64,000 nucleotides of DNA, taken from SAR324 cluster bacterium. Its GTDB lineage: Bacteria; SAR324; NAC60-12. The translations under genes and the position numbers were made by a program. Below are positions 8,117 to 19,897 of the stretch, piece by piece; position 1 is the first letter of the stretch; each line of letters opens with the position of its first letter. A model generated the notes under the pieces. The model saw nothing but the letters and a program-made list of their open reading frames with translations. It made no database searches and was not told the origin of the DNA. The DNA lies in the NCBI GenBank assembly GCA_022448485.1, contig JAKUUI010000004.1, positions 5,715-69,714 of the forward strand, in the 5' to 3' direction.

Positions 8117-10312
8117 TCAGTTTTTTTGGCTCAGTTGCATGAACAGGATAACACTGCGCCAATCCACTACTTTTCCTGCAACTTCACTCCGGAAAGTATC
8201 CCGCAATTCATTAAGCTGTTCCGGAGTAAAATGTGTTGATAAGTGCTGAACATAGCTGGAATGGGGACTGTCTGGCTGAGCGGGAAACCACTGTTCTATT
8301 TGTTTTGTTGGAATCACTGTTGGAGTGCTGAACTCTTTTACTTGCCAGCGTCTGATGTTCCAATTAGCAGATTCCAGTTCTTCACGCAGTGTGGATGGAG
8401 TCCAGTTGCTGCGTGTAATTGCAGAATCGTGGTAAATTTCTTCTTCCGCAGTCTTCAAAGTTCTAAGAAATTCATAATCAATCAATTCTTTTGGAATCAA
8501 ATCTGAAAGACGTTGACATAATGCAGGAACGGTTTCTCCAAAAACGAAAAAACCTTCCGGCAAAATCCACGATTTCAGTATTTCAAGAAAGGCAGCTTTG
8601 TCGACGTGTTTTTGCAGGACATTGCGGCCGACAATTCGCTCAAAGAGTAAATCAGTAATCTCAAAAGGCTCTGGATTTCCGGAGCTTCCCACAGCAATTT
8701 TCGGCATTATTCCGGAGGCAGGTTTATTGAACAAACCGCTAAGTAGTTGTTTCTCTTCTGTAGTTTCAACAAGCGCATGAACATTCTCCTCAGAAATACG
8801 ACGAAGAAATTCACCGAGCAGCAAACCATCTCCTGCATTGAGCACCAGTGCCAAAGTATTGCGTGAAAGTTCTGACCATTCTGCCAAACGATCACGTAAC
8901 TCATTTAGCAATTCTCCGGAACTGCCAAGCGTTCTGGCTTCCCAATAATTTGAGCCTCCGTATTGTTCTGATGCAGATTGCGAAAAATATGCTGCCAGTT
9001 GAGCTTCCCTATGCCTAGCCACAGTTTCCTGAATGGATGCTTCAAAACCTTGTTCTGAAGGCTGATAAAAAATCCGGCCCTGCAAAACATCTGGAAGATA
9101 TTGCTGAGCTATCCAATGATCACGGTAGGCATGCGGATAAAGATAGCCTTCTCCGTGTCCAAATGCCTTGCCGTCTCGATTTGCATCTTTGAGTGCGTCA
9201 GGCACTTCATCTGTCTGTTCTTTGCGTACAACAGAAATTGCATCAAAAAATGCAAAAGCAGAATTGCTTTTTGGGGCAGTGCTTAAATACAAACAGGCTT
9301 CAGCCAAGTGATAGCGGCCTTCCGGCATCCCAACATAATCAAAAGCTTGTGCCGCAGCTGAAACCACACACAAAGCATGCGGATCAGCCATCCCAACATC
9401 TTCACCAGCAAAAATGAGCATTCGCCGAAAAATAAAACGCGGATCTTCACCTGCTTCCACCATTTTTGCCATCCAGAAAAGTGCTGCATCCGGATCAGAG
9501 CCTCGCATCGATTTTATAAAAGCGGAAATGGTATCAAAATGCGCGTCTCCGTCTTTGTCATAAAGCACGGCTCGCTGCTGAATTGATTCTTCTGCAACTT
9601 CCAATGTTATTCGAAGAACGTCCTCTGAGTCAGCTTCACTTGTTAAAACTGCCAGTTCCAGTGCATTCAAGGCCGCTCTTGCATCACCTCCAGCCACATG
9701 TGCCAAATGACGGCGAGCCTCAGGTGCCAATACTACTTTTTTGTCTCCAAATCCCCGCTCCGAATCTGTCAGTGCCTGGTCGATGATTTTTTCCACTTCA
9801 GAAGATTCCAGTGACTGAAGTTGAAAAATTCGGGAGCGGCTAACTAAGGCTTTGTTGACTTCAAAATATGGATTTTCAGTTGTTGCGCCAATCAAAATTA
9901 CAGTACCATTTTCAACATGCGGCAGGAGCCCATCCTGCTGTGCTTTGTTGAAACGATGCACCTCGTCCACAAACAACACAGCACGCCGCTGTTGTTCGGT
10001 ACGAACTTTTCTTGCTGTTTCGATGCAGTTGCGAATATCAGCAATTCCTGCCAAAACTGCATTGATTGAAAGAAATTCTGCTTGAGTTGTATTTGCAATA
10101 ATTCTGGCGAGCGTTGTTTTTCCTGTTCCAGGCGGTCCATAAAAAATCAAGCTCGACAATTGATCAGCCTGGATAGCACGGCGCAAAAGGCGTCCGGGAG
10201 CCAAAATATGACTTTGTCCGACAAATTCGTCAATTACCCGTGGACGCATCCGGTCTGCTAACGGAGCTTCTTTGCAGATTTGTTTTTCGTGTGTGTGCTC
10301 AAATAAATTCAC
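8117..10312 (-). CDS. rarA: Replication-associated recombination protein A (RarA/MgsA AAA+ ATPase) with a C-terminal ~290 aa class I SAM-methyltransferase-like extension
   Basis: N-terminal 440 aa carry Walker A GPPGTGKTTLA, Walker B LFVDEVHRFNK and the RarA helical lid. The extension carries MTase-like motifs: ALVLNAGDGLLLGEF (motif I), FEITDLLFERIVGRNVL (motif II), LKSWILPEGFFVFGE (motif III). Confidence 0.85.
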   Translation of the reverse strand: MNLFEHTHEKQICKEAPLADRMRPRVIDEFVGQSHILAPGRLLRRAIQADQLSSLIFYGPPGTGKTTLARIIANTTQAEFLSINAVLAGIADIRNCIETARKVRTEQQRRAVLFVDEVHRFNKAQQDGLLPHVENGTVILIGATTENPYFEVNKALVSRSRIFQLQSLESSEVEKIIDQALTDSERGFGDKKVVLAPEARRHLAHVAGGDARAALNALELAVLTSEADSEDVLRITLEVAEESIQQRAVLYDKDGDAHFDTISAFIKSMRGSDPDAALFWMAKMVEAGEDPRFIFRRMLIFAGEDVGMADPHALCVVSAAAQAFDYVGMPEGRYHLAEACLYLSTAPKSNSAFAFFDAISVVRKEQTDEVPDALKDANRDGKAFGHGEGYLYPHAYRDHWIAQQYLPDVLQGRIFYQPSEQGFEASIQETVARHREAQLAAYFSQSASEQYGGSNYWEARTLGSSGELLNELRDRLAEWSELSRNTLALVLNAGDGLLLGEFLRRISEENVHALVETTEEKQLLSGLFNKPASGIMPKIAVGSSGNPEPFEITDLLFERIVGRNVLQKHVDKAAFLEILKSWILPEGFFVFGETVPALCQRLSDLIPKELIDYEFLRTLKTAEEEIYHDSAITRSNWTPSTLREELESANWNIRRWQVKEFSTPTVIPTKQIEQWFPAQPDSPHSSYVQHLSTHFTPEQLNELRDTFRSEVAGKVVDWRSVILFMQLSQKN

Positions 10313-10443
10313 TTGATCAGCTTCTTATTTTAGAAATGGATGGAACTTTTCCTACTGAGTTTATATAGTGTGTGGTACATCTCAAGCTGCCATTGAAAAA
10401 GAAAGATTATCTATCAATATTGTCTGCAAACGGATACTTCTAA

Positions 10444-12459
<2,016 letters not shown>

Positions 12460-12520
12460 CTTCTCATGTTTGATGAAAACTAAAAACATAAAAATGATAA
12501 TAGAAAACAGATAACTGACC

Positions 12521-13405
12521 ATGAAAGGTGTTATTTTAGCAGCAGGCTATGCGACCCGTTTTTTACCTGCATCAAAAACAATTCCTAAAGAAATGTTCCC
12601 GCTGATTGATCGTCCGGCCATTGATTTCATTGTGCAGGAAATGGTTGATTCCGGAATTAACGACATTTTACTGGTTTCGTCACGTAGGAAAAAAGTCATG
12701 GAGGATTACTTTGATCGAGAGGTTGAGTTGTCTTCCGCATTTTCACAGTCCAACGAAATCGAAAAACTGGAAGTAATAAAACCGATTGAGGCCAATATTT
12801 TCACTTTGCGACAACAGCATATGATGGGCACGGGGAATGCCTTGATGCTGGTTGAACCTTTCGTGGACAATCAACCTTTTGTGGTGGCCTACCCGGATGA
12901 TATTGTGCTGGGTGAAAAACCGCTTTCCAGGCAATTGATCGAAACTTGGGAAAAAACCGGCAACACGGTTTTGGCTGTCAAAGAATTAGAGGAAGATCAA
13001 TTATATCGCTATGGAGTGATTGAACCGGCTGATTCTGGAAAAATAATGAATGTTAGAAAAATGGTGGAAAAACCAGATCAAGGTACTGCTCCCAGCCGTT
13101 TTGTTTCGTATGGACGTTATCTCTACACACCGGATCTTTTTGAAGCACTGCGAAACAGCGACAGAAGTCACTCTGGCCGGAGCGAATTCACTCAAACGGA
13201 AGCAATCAATTATTTGGCTGCAGAGGGGAATGTGTCTGCAGTGCAGTTTGAAGGAACGCGTTATGATTTGGGAGAACCGCTGGGTTTTCTGACTTCTGCT
13301 TTGCAAATCGGTTTGCAGCGTCCGGAATACAAGGAATCCTTGCTTGATGAAATACGTAGACTCCTCGAATTGCATGACAGTCCTGACAATGAAAACAGCG
13401 GCTAA
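12521..13405 (+). CDS. galU: UTP--glucose-1-phosphate uridylyltransferase
   Basis: N-terminus MKGVILAAGYATRFLPASKTIPKEMFPLIDRPAIDF matches the GalU nucleotidyltransferase signature. Confidence 0.85.
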   Translation: MKGVILAAGYATRFLPASKTIPKEMFPLIDRPAIDFIVQEMVDSGINDILLVSSRRKKVMEDYFDREVELSSAFSQSNEIEKLEVIKPIEANIFTLRQQHMMGTGNALMLVEPFVDNQPFVVAYPDDIVLGEKPLSRQLIETWEKTGNTVLAVKELEEDQLYRYGVIEPADSGKIMNVRKMVEKPDQGTAPSRFVSYGRYLYTPDLFEALRNSDRSHSGRSEFTQTEAINYLAAEGNVSAVQFEGTRYDLGEPLGFLTSALQIGLQRPEYKESLLDEIRRLLELHDSPDNENSG

Positions 13406-13757
13406 ATTCATCTTCCTGATTGTCCTGTTCCCTGCTTTCATCTCTTCAGTTTCCGGAAGTGAGCAGTGTGGAAGCTGCCACACTGAAACCACAAAATTCA
13501 CATAGTTTCATAATCCGCTGGAAATCGGTTGCACTTCCTGCAATGCAGGTAATGCATCCAAATAAACAAAGGACAAAGCACATCAAAACCTGGAATCATA
13601 TCCAGGAAGAATGGAGACTGTCGAAAAATCATGCGGACAATCCGGATGCCATCAAAACCTGATTCCGATTGTGAGTAATTCACTGATGAACACAGTAGAC
13701 GGAATGCAGATTATAAATAAACTTCTTAGCATTTTGAAAAAAATAAGAAAAATCTAA
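13389..13757 (+). pseudogene. Decayed small multihaem c-type cytochrome gene (two in-frame stops)
   Basis: One frame reads MKTAAKFIFLIVLFPAFISSVSGSEQ-CGSCH-TETTKFT, then stop, then FHNPLEIG-CTSCN-AGNASK, then stop, then ...METVEKS-CGQSGCH-QNLIP... This gives a signal peptide plus three haem-motif-like sites in the same frame, interrupted by a TAG at 13503 and a TAA at 13563. Confidence 0.45.
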
Positions 13758-13782
13758 GCGAATCTAGCTGTTTTTAGCAGCT

Positions 13783-14418
13783 ATGACAATAAACATGAAA
13801 CCGGACAATGATGAAAAAACTGAGCTGATTTTGATTCGCCATGGTGAAACTGAGTGGAACTCACAGCTTCGCATGCAGGGGCATTCCAACAGTAATCTTT
13901 CTGCAGTGGGGCAAGCACAGATTCGGGCATTGGGGCAGTGGATGAAAAATGTGCCTTTCGACCATATTTACAGCAGCGATTCTCTGCGTGCCCGGCAAAC
14001 AGCTGAGGCAATCACACAGTTTTCAGGACATACGCTGCAGTTTGATCAGCGTCTCCGTGAGAAAAATCTTGGCATTTTTGAGGGCTTAACAACTGAAGAA
14101 GCTAGGGAGCGTCATCCTGAAGTTTTCCGTCTTTTCAAAACAGCAGGCTCGCAATATGTTATTGATGAAGGTGAAAGTACACAGCAGCTTCTGGATCGCG
14201 CATTGGAAGCAATAGAAGTAATTCGTCATCGGCATCATCAGAAGCGTGTCTTGCTAGTTACACATGGAGGTGTGGTACGGGTTCTGATGAAGCGTACTCT
14301 GGGGCTTGAAATTGATGCCCCTACACGTTTTTTGATACAAAATACAGGACTGTTCCGTTTGGTCTGGGAAGACAAATGGATGGTTGCACAAATGGGCGGA
14401 GTTTCACATTTGGAATAG
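13783..14418 (+). CDS. Histidine phosphatase family protein (phosphoglycerate mutase-like)
   Basis: Carries the RHG motif LILIRHGETEWN and a second His region. Length 211 aa. The start may be the internal Met at 13795. Confidence 0.8.
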   Translation: MTINMKPDNDEKTELILIRHGETEWNSQLRMQGHSNSNLSAVGQAQIRALGQWMKNVPFDHIYSSDSLRARQTAEAITQFSGHTLQFDQRLREKNLGIFEGLTTEEARERHPEVFRLFKTAGSQYVIDEGESTQQLLDRALEAIEVIRHRHHQKRVLLVTHGGVVRVLMKRTLGLEIDAPTRFLIQNTGLFRLVWEDKWMVAQMGGVSHLE

Positions 14419-14666
14419 ATGAAAGAATTGGTTTTGTATGGCCGGCATGTAATCCGGCCCTACAGGGCAACTTTGAAGCCTTTACTGGTTCGACCGATAA
14501 GCATTCCGGCCCTGGCGCTCAACTTTGGAGTCTTAATTGGTTTGACCGGCATATAAATACATGTTCGACCGGATTTTCTGGCAGGAAATTCGTGGATATG
14601 GTATTTTCTGGAAAGTAACTAGGCGTTGCCTTACTGTTTTTACCCTTTAACCTTGAATCATAATTT

Positions 14667-15440
14667 TTGAATCTACTAAAAATACTCAGCAAAAGTAGGC
14701 CTGAACGTTTGATTTGGGAATGTGAAAATTCGGGAGTAACGGTCCAAGTTTGGGATAAACAGGATCGCCGTGAGTTACGTTTTGGCAATCATATCATGCA
14801 GAGTGTTATTTCCAGAGCCCATCCTGATCAGCTGGTATTGCCCTACACTCGTTTCATGCTGCTTGGGCTTCTCTTCTGTCCGAAACCCAAGTCAGTTCTG
14901 CATATCGGGCTCGGCGGTGGCTGTGTTGCCCGTTGGCTACACTGTGAGTTTCCGAAAATTCAGCAAACTGCCATCGAACTAAATTCTGCAGTAATCGATG
15001 CGGCCCAACGCTTTTTTGAGTTACCACTAGATAAACGTTTGAAGGTGTTGCAGGCAGACGCAACGAATGTTATTCCAACTATGACAGAGAAATTCGAACT
15101 CATATTTTTGGATGCTTTTAGTGATTTTGGACCCCCGGAAGGGGTGATCAACATCGAGTTTTTAGAAAACCTGCGAGGATGCCTGGATTCTGAGGGCTGG
15201 CTTGTCGGAAATGTCTGGACAATTACAGGAGATTTTATGGAACAGTGCGAGCATTGGAAATCAATATTTACTCAAGTTCTGCAAGCACGCGCTAATCACA
15301 AAGGTAACGTGATACTTTTTGGAAGCCAAACTTCAAAATTTTCAGATCTGCAAAAACTTGACGGAATATCAAAATTGCTGCTAAAGCATCATCGAATTGA
15401 CTTCCACAAAATGTTCAGGGAATTGCAGCCCGTTTTATAA
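14667..15440 (+). CDS. Spermidine synthase-like (PABS family) methyltransferase-fold protein
   Basis: N-terminal tetramerisation-like region (LIWECENSGVTVQVWDKQDRRELRFGNHIMQSV), a Rossmann motif HIGLGGGCVARWL and the acidic motif IFLDAFSD. The ORF opens with TTG, so the start is uncertain. Confidence 0.7.
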   Translation: MNLLKILSKSRPERLIWECENSGVTVQVWDKQDRRELRFGNHIMQSVISRAHPDQLVLPYTRFMLLGLLFCPKPKSVLHIGLGGGCVARWLHCEFPKIQQTAIELNSAVIDAAQRFFELPLDKRLKVLQADATNVIPTMTEKFELIFLDAFSDFGPPEGVINIEFLENLRGCLDSEGWLVGNVWTITGDFMEQCEHWKSIFTQVLQARANHKGNVILFGSQTSKFSDLQKLDGISKLLLKHHRIDFHKMFRELQPVL

Positions 15441-15658
15441 GCTATTTTTAGACGTTTTTCACAATGCTGGATGCTGATGAATGAAAGGTCGGAATGCTAA
15501 CTGGAATTCCTATGTATATGTGATACAGCCATTTTGTACAGATACACTTGAATCCCAAAATTATTGGCAGGCAGAAGTGGATTTTGTTTTTAACCTATTC
15601 TATTCAAAAAGGTGGGTTTGGGTGATCAGAAAATAGGATCAGCTTAAGCAGCAGCAAT

Positions 15659-17899
15659 TTATGAGCTGTAGATTTGTTTATAAAGTTTGTAGCTCCGATA
15701 AACCCGCTTGACGTATTTTCTAGTTTCTTTGAATGGAATTTGTTCGACAAAGTCATCCAGCGATTTCCCATTCCAGCGGTTGATCCATTTGCTCATATTT
15801 TCAGGTCCGGCATTATAACTGCCCGCAGTGTAAATCAGTTCAGACTTGAATTTGTTGGCAAGCCTTCCCAGATAAAATGTACCAAGTTTTGTATTCATTT
15901 CCGGATCAAATATTTCTTCTCTTTCTTTTAGTTTAATTTTCTTTCTTTTGGCAATATCTTTTGCTGTTGACGGCAGCAACTGCATTAAGCCGATGGCTTT
16001 GGATGAAGACAAGGCCTGCGGATCAAAGTGGCTTTCCTCGCGCATAATTGCCAGAGCAAAATATGGATCAATTCCTGCTTGGTTTGCATAGCTCTTCAGT
16101 TGGGACCAGTAAGGTCTCGGGTAAGCCAATTCCCAGAGTGGATATTCTCCAACTTCAAGCGAAATCATGTGCGGCAGATAATAATTGGCAACAATCCTGA
16201 GCAATGCATGGTGCTCACCTCTACGATGAAGCATATGGCTCACATGCCAGTTCCTCGTGCTGTTTTTATAACGTCCCAATCCAGCAAATAATTCTCTGAG
16301 TGCTTGTTCTGGTTCAGCGATATCAAAGAGAAACTCAGTTCTCTGCAGTAATTCTTTGGTTTTTTCGCTGATGGGCTCAGTTGGTTCGGCGTACAGTTTA
16401 GCTTTGCGGGATTTGACCACTGACAAAATGCTTTCTGGGATATTTTCTGCAGACATCAGGCGCATGCCGTAATACGTGTTTGGCTGGCGGAGAATCAGCT
16501 TTTTGAAGCTTTTATCAGCAAGGTCTGTCCTGCCGGTTGCCTGCTGTAATTTGCCCTGCCAGTATAGCAGCTTAGCTTTCATTTCAGAATTGTAAATTCT
16601 TGTTTTAAGTCCTCGTTTCAGGAATGTCAGGGCTTTATCAGTATTTTTTTGCTGCAGGTGTGACCAGGCTAGCTGCCATGCGGATTTTGCAGCCAGGTTA
16701 TGTTTGGGAAAATGACTAAGCAGGCGCTGCCACCAAAATTGTGATTTTTCAATTTCTGAATCCAGCATGTAGCGTGTGGCAAATGTGTCAAATAATATTG
16801 GCAGGCGCTCGGCTTTCGCATTATGTCTTTCAAGTTTATAGATGATACTTCGGCCAGCTGCTATGTTTTTACGTTTGATATAGGAACGAGCAGTCCAGTA
16901 AAGCTGAGATTCTTTCGAAAGAGCCCATTTTTTTGAAAGCGTACCCTGTTTATGAAGTTTTATAATCCGGGCATAATATGTTTCTGCAAAGAGAGCTTTT
17001 AAATAGGCTTCCCCAAGTTTTTTCAGCACCTTCCTGCTTTGCCATTTTCTCAGTTGCGGGAGGTGTTTTATCAGGTATTTGTTAAGACCTAGTCCGGACA
17101 GGATCCGGACACGTTTGTGGACTTCTGCCGGAGTCATTATTTTGAAGTCAGAGGCTGTTAGCATTTTGTGTGATTGGCGGGCGGTTTTTTCATCATCGGG
17201 AAACTGCCAGCCCAAAACACGATATTTATGTTCAAGTTTTACTCCCTTTAGTTTTGCTCCACGGAGATAGAGTGCATGTATTTCGTAATCCGTGAGGAAC
17301 AATTTGTAGTGTTTCCTGGTTTCATGCAACAGGGGGAAAATTAAGCGAACCTCATCATCTGTGCGGAATTCACTCTTTAAATTTTCACGAAGCGGCCGGA
17401 TGTAAAATTTCATTTTCGGATGCAGAAGCAATTTGCGGATGCTGGTAATTGCTTCCCGGAGTTTATCAGACTGAAGTAAAACGCGGATTTTTTGATAAAT
17501 CCAAGCATCACTCACTTCTGATTCAGCAGTTTGTTTGAGACTATTTAGTGCGGCATTGTAATTACCAAGCTGCAGCTGACATTTGGCATTCAATATTCTT
17601 GAACGGCTCCACATGCCGTTGTTTGCCCAATCTTTTGGTTTAGAGATGGGTTCCAGCTGGCGAATGAGCACCTTACAGTCCCCATTTTCAAAGAAATTAA
17701 TGTATGGTTTCCATGAGGAAGGTTTGTCTGCAAAGACGGAACTGATTGGGAAAACCAGGAAAGTAATAAATCCAACTGCCGTTGTCTTGAAACATTTGCT
17801 TATGCTTATTTTGTTCGCAAAATTGATGCAAGATTGAGGACGGAGGGTAGTCTGAAACATGATTTCTGTCAGGTGGTATAGTTGGTGCTTCTTGTTCAC
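15659..17899 (-). CDS. Soluble lytic murein transglycosylase (Slt70-like: superhelical domain plus C-terminal SLT domain)
   Basis: 746 aa with an N-terminal signal-like segment and a long helical-repeat region. The C-terminal SLT motif reads AIMREESHFDPQALSSSKAIGLMQLLPSTA. Confidence 0.85.
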   Translation of the reverse strand: MNKKHQLYHLTEIMFQTTLRPQSCINFANKISISKCFKTTAVGFITFLVFPISSVFADKPSSWKPYINFFENGDCKVLIRQLEPISKPKDWANNGMWSRSRILNAKCQLQLGNYNAALNSLKQTAESEVSDAWIYQKIRVLLQSDKLREAITSIRKLLLHPKMKFYIRPLRENLKSEFRTDDEVRLIFPLLHETRKHYKLFLTDYEIHALYLRGAKLKGVKLEHKYRVLGWQFPDDEKTARQSHKMLTASDFKIMTPAEVHKRVRILSGLGLNKYLIKHLPQLRKWQSRKVLKKLGEAYLKALFAETYYARIIKLHKQGTLSKKWALSKESQLYWTARSYIKRKNIAAGRSIIYKLERHNAKAERLPILFDTFATRYMLDSEIEKSQFWWQRLLSHFPKHNLAAKSAWQLAWSHLQQKNTDKALTFLKRGLKTRIYNSEMKAKLLYWQGKLQQATGRTDLADKSFKKLILRQPNTYYGMRLMSAENIPESILSVVKSRKAKLYAEPTEPISEKTKELLQRTEFLFDIAEPEQALRELFAGLGRYKNSTRNWHVSHMLHRRGEHHALLRIVANYYLPHMISLEVGEYPLWELAYPRPYWSQLKSYANQAGIDPYFALAIMREESHFDPQALSSSKAIGLMQLLPSTAKDIAKRKKIKLKEREEIFDPEMNTKLGTFYLGRLANKFKSELIYTAGSYNAGPENMSKWINRWNGKSLDDFVEQIPFKETRKYVKRVYRSYKLYKQIYSS

Positions 17900-17996
17900 T
17901 ATGGTTATTTAATTAAGACTGCTCTTATAACTCTCAAAAGACAAGAGCAAATATCTTGCCGGAGAGATTCAAAAAGTTTTGTTTTGAGGAAAATAA

Positions 17997-18731
17997 ATGG
18001 AGAATGAGGTAAATGAAGTTGAGAAACCGTCGTTTATGAATGAGAAAAAGGATGATTCGCAGGATTCATTTGAGGCTGTTCAACCTCAGCCGCTGATTTT
18101 GAAACAGGATTCGAAAAACACAAAGGGAATTAAGTCAATGCCTTACGATTTTGGTGCAGAAACTTATGAAGTTTACAGCAATCCCAAGAATCCGTTCATG
18201 GTGGGCATTCTTGCTGCAGAAACAGATCGAATTCAATTGGACCCGATTAAAACCCAGAGTCTTTTTGAGCAATATGAAAAAAAGTCACCATACACACTTG
18301 AATTTCCGCATAGTATATCTGCACATCGTAAACGAAAGCTTAGTTCTTCTCTGAAATTTTCTGCAAGGGAAGCTGATGCTAAAACAAAAGTTAGTGACAG
18401 TAAACTTAAAAGTGTTTCATCGGAATATCTGCCTAGAGAAAAATTGAAAGAAGACAAACGTAAACTTCAAGCATATATGCAAGGATTCTTCACACAAGTG
18501 CTGAAACGCCTCGGCGAAGAACCAGGAGGGCTTGCGGTCATCATCAATGAGCTCGTTCCTTTATTTGTAGAGCATCAAATTCGAGTTCGTTTTTATGAGG
18601 CATTTCGTCAAATCCGAAGCATGGATGATTTAAGAATCACCCTGAAAAAGATCAGTAATGATTCAGAACTGGAAAACTTTGAACTTTTCTGCAGTGCACT
18701 TTTTATCTTTTACAGCTCTCAGGGGGGCTAG
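17997..18731 (+). CDS. Hypothetical protein
   Basis: 244 aa ORF with a charged low-complexity N-terminal half. No recognisable domain. Lies between slt (divergent) and alr. Confidence 0.45.
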   Translation: MENEVNEVEKPSFMNEKKDDSQDSFEAVQPQPLILKQDSKNTKGIKSMPYDFGAETYEVYSNPKNPFMVGILAAETDRIQLDPIKTQSLFEQYEKKSPYTLEFPHSISAHRKRKLSSSLKFSAREADAKTKVSDSKLKSVSSEYLPREKLKEDKRKLQAYMQGFFTQVLKRLGEEPGGLAVIINELVPLFVEHQIRVRFYEAFRQIRSMDDLRITLKKISNDSELENFELFCSALFIFYSSQGG

Positions 18732-18763
18732 AAGATTGAGGTAATCAACCAGAACCTCTAGCC

Positions 18764-19897
18764 TTGAACCTCAAACCTCTTTTTTTGATGCGGCCTACCT
18801 TTATTGAAGTCAGTCTGGAAAATTTAAGATATAATCTCGAGCTGATCCGTAATCACACTAACAACCGTCCGCTGATGGCAGTTGTCAAGTCGAATGCATA
18901 CGGTCATGGAATGCTGAGGGTCGCAAAGCTCTATGAAAAACTAGGCGTGAACTGCCTTGGTGTAGCTTTGCTAGAAGAAGGAATAGTCTTACGGGAGTCC
19001 GGCATAACCCTGCCGATTGTTGTCTTTGGAGGAGTGCTGAAAAAACAGATTCCTGCTTACTTGGAGTGGAATTTAGAATTTTTTGTTTCCTCTTCTGGAG
19101 TTTTGCGAGAAACGGAAAGAATATGCAAATCCTGCGGACAGCAGGCAATAATTCATCTCAAGATTGATAGTGGAATGGGCAGGGTCGGCACCATAGCCGC
19201 AAACTCTGCAGGTTTTATTGAAGAAGCAGTACGTGCACAGCACGTAACGATTAAAGGGGTTTGTTCACATTTGGCCTGCGCAGATGATCCGAAAGACCCA
19301 ATGACCATAGAGCAGGTGGACAGGTTTTTAACAGCAATTTCGGTTTTTGAGCGGCTTGGTGCACCGATGCCTTTACGTCACCTTGCCAATTCAGCAGGTG
19401 TGCTTTATTTTCCCCATTCACACTTGGATCTTATCCGTCCGGGAATTTTACTCTACGGAGTATATCCTGAATCATCCTGTCCACATGTTCTGGATGTGCG
19501 TCCGGCTCTCCAGCTCAAATCCCAGGTTTCTTTTCACAAATCTGTTCCGGCTGGATTTTCTGTCAGTTACGGTGCAACTTGGACTTCCAACAATTCGGTA
19601 GAAATATCCACCATTCCACTCGGTTACGGCGACGGTTATCGGCGGCACCTTTCAAATCACGGTGAGGTTCTGATACGTGGAGAACGCAGGACCATTGTGG
19701 GACAAGTTTGTATGGATCAATTTATGGTAAACTGCAAAAATGATTCTCTAGAAGCAGGTGTTGAGGTAGTTTTGATTGGTGAGCAGGACAATCAGCGTAT
19801 AACTGTTGAAGAGATGTCCGATTGGGCAAAAACGATTCCATATGAAATTTTGACAAACTTGAATGATCGTATTCCTAGAATTTACACAAATGAATAA
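18764..19897 (+). CDS. alr: Alanine racemase
   Basis: PLP-binding motif AVVKSNAYGHG and the conserved C-terminal domain. The true start is probably the Met of MRPTFIEV at 18788. Confidence 0.9.
   Translation: MNLKPLFLMRPTFIEVSLENLRYNLELIRNHTNNRPLMAVVKSNAYGHGMLRVAKLYEKLGVNCLGVALLEEGIVLRESGITLPIVVFGGVLKKQIPAYLEWNLEFFVSSSGVLRETERICKSCGQQAIIHLKIDSGMGRVGTIAANSAGFIEEAVRAQHVTIKGVCSHLACADDPKDPMTIEQVDRFLTAISVFERLGAPMPLRHLANSAGVLYFPHSHLDLIRPGILLYGVYPESSCPHVLDVRPALQLKSQVSFHKSVPAGFSVSYGATWTSNNSVEISTIPLGYGDGYRRHLSNHGEVLIRGERRTIVGQVCMDQFMVNCKNDSLEAGVEVVLIGEQDNQRITVEEMSDWAKTIPYEILTNLNDRIPRIYTNE

Noticed and set aside
13420-13683. 80 aa and 61 aa ORFs in the galU downstream spacer
   Set aside because: They have no domain similarity. 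The region is better explained by the in-frame cytochrome c remnant reading 13389-13757.
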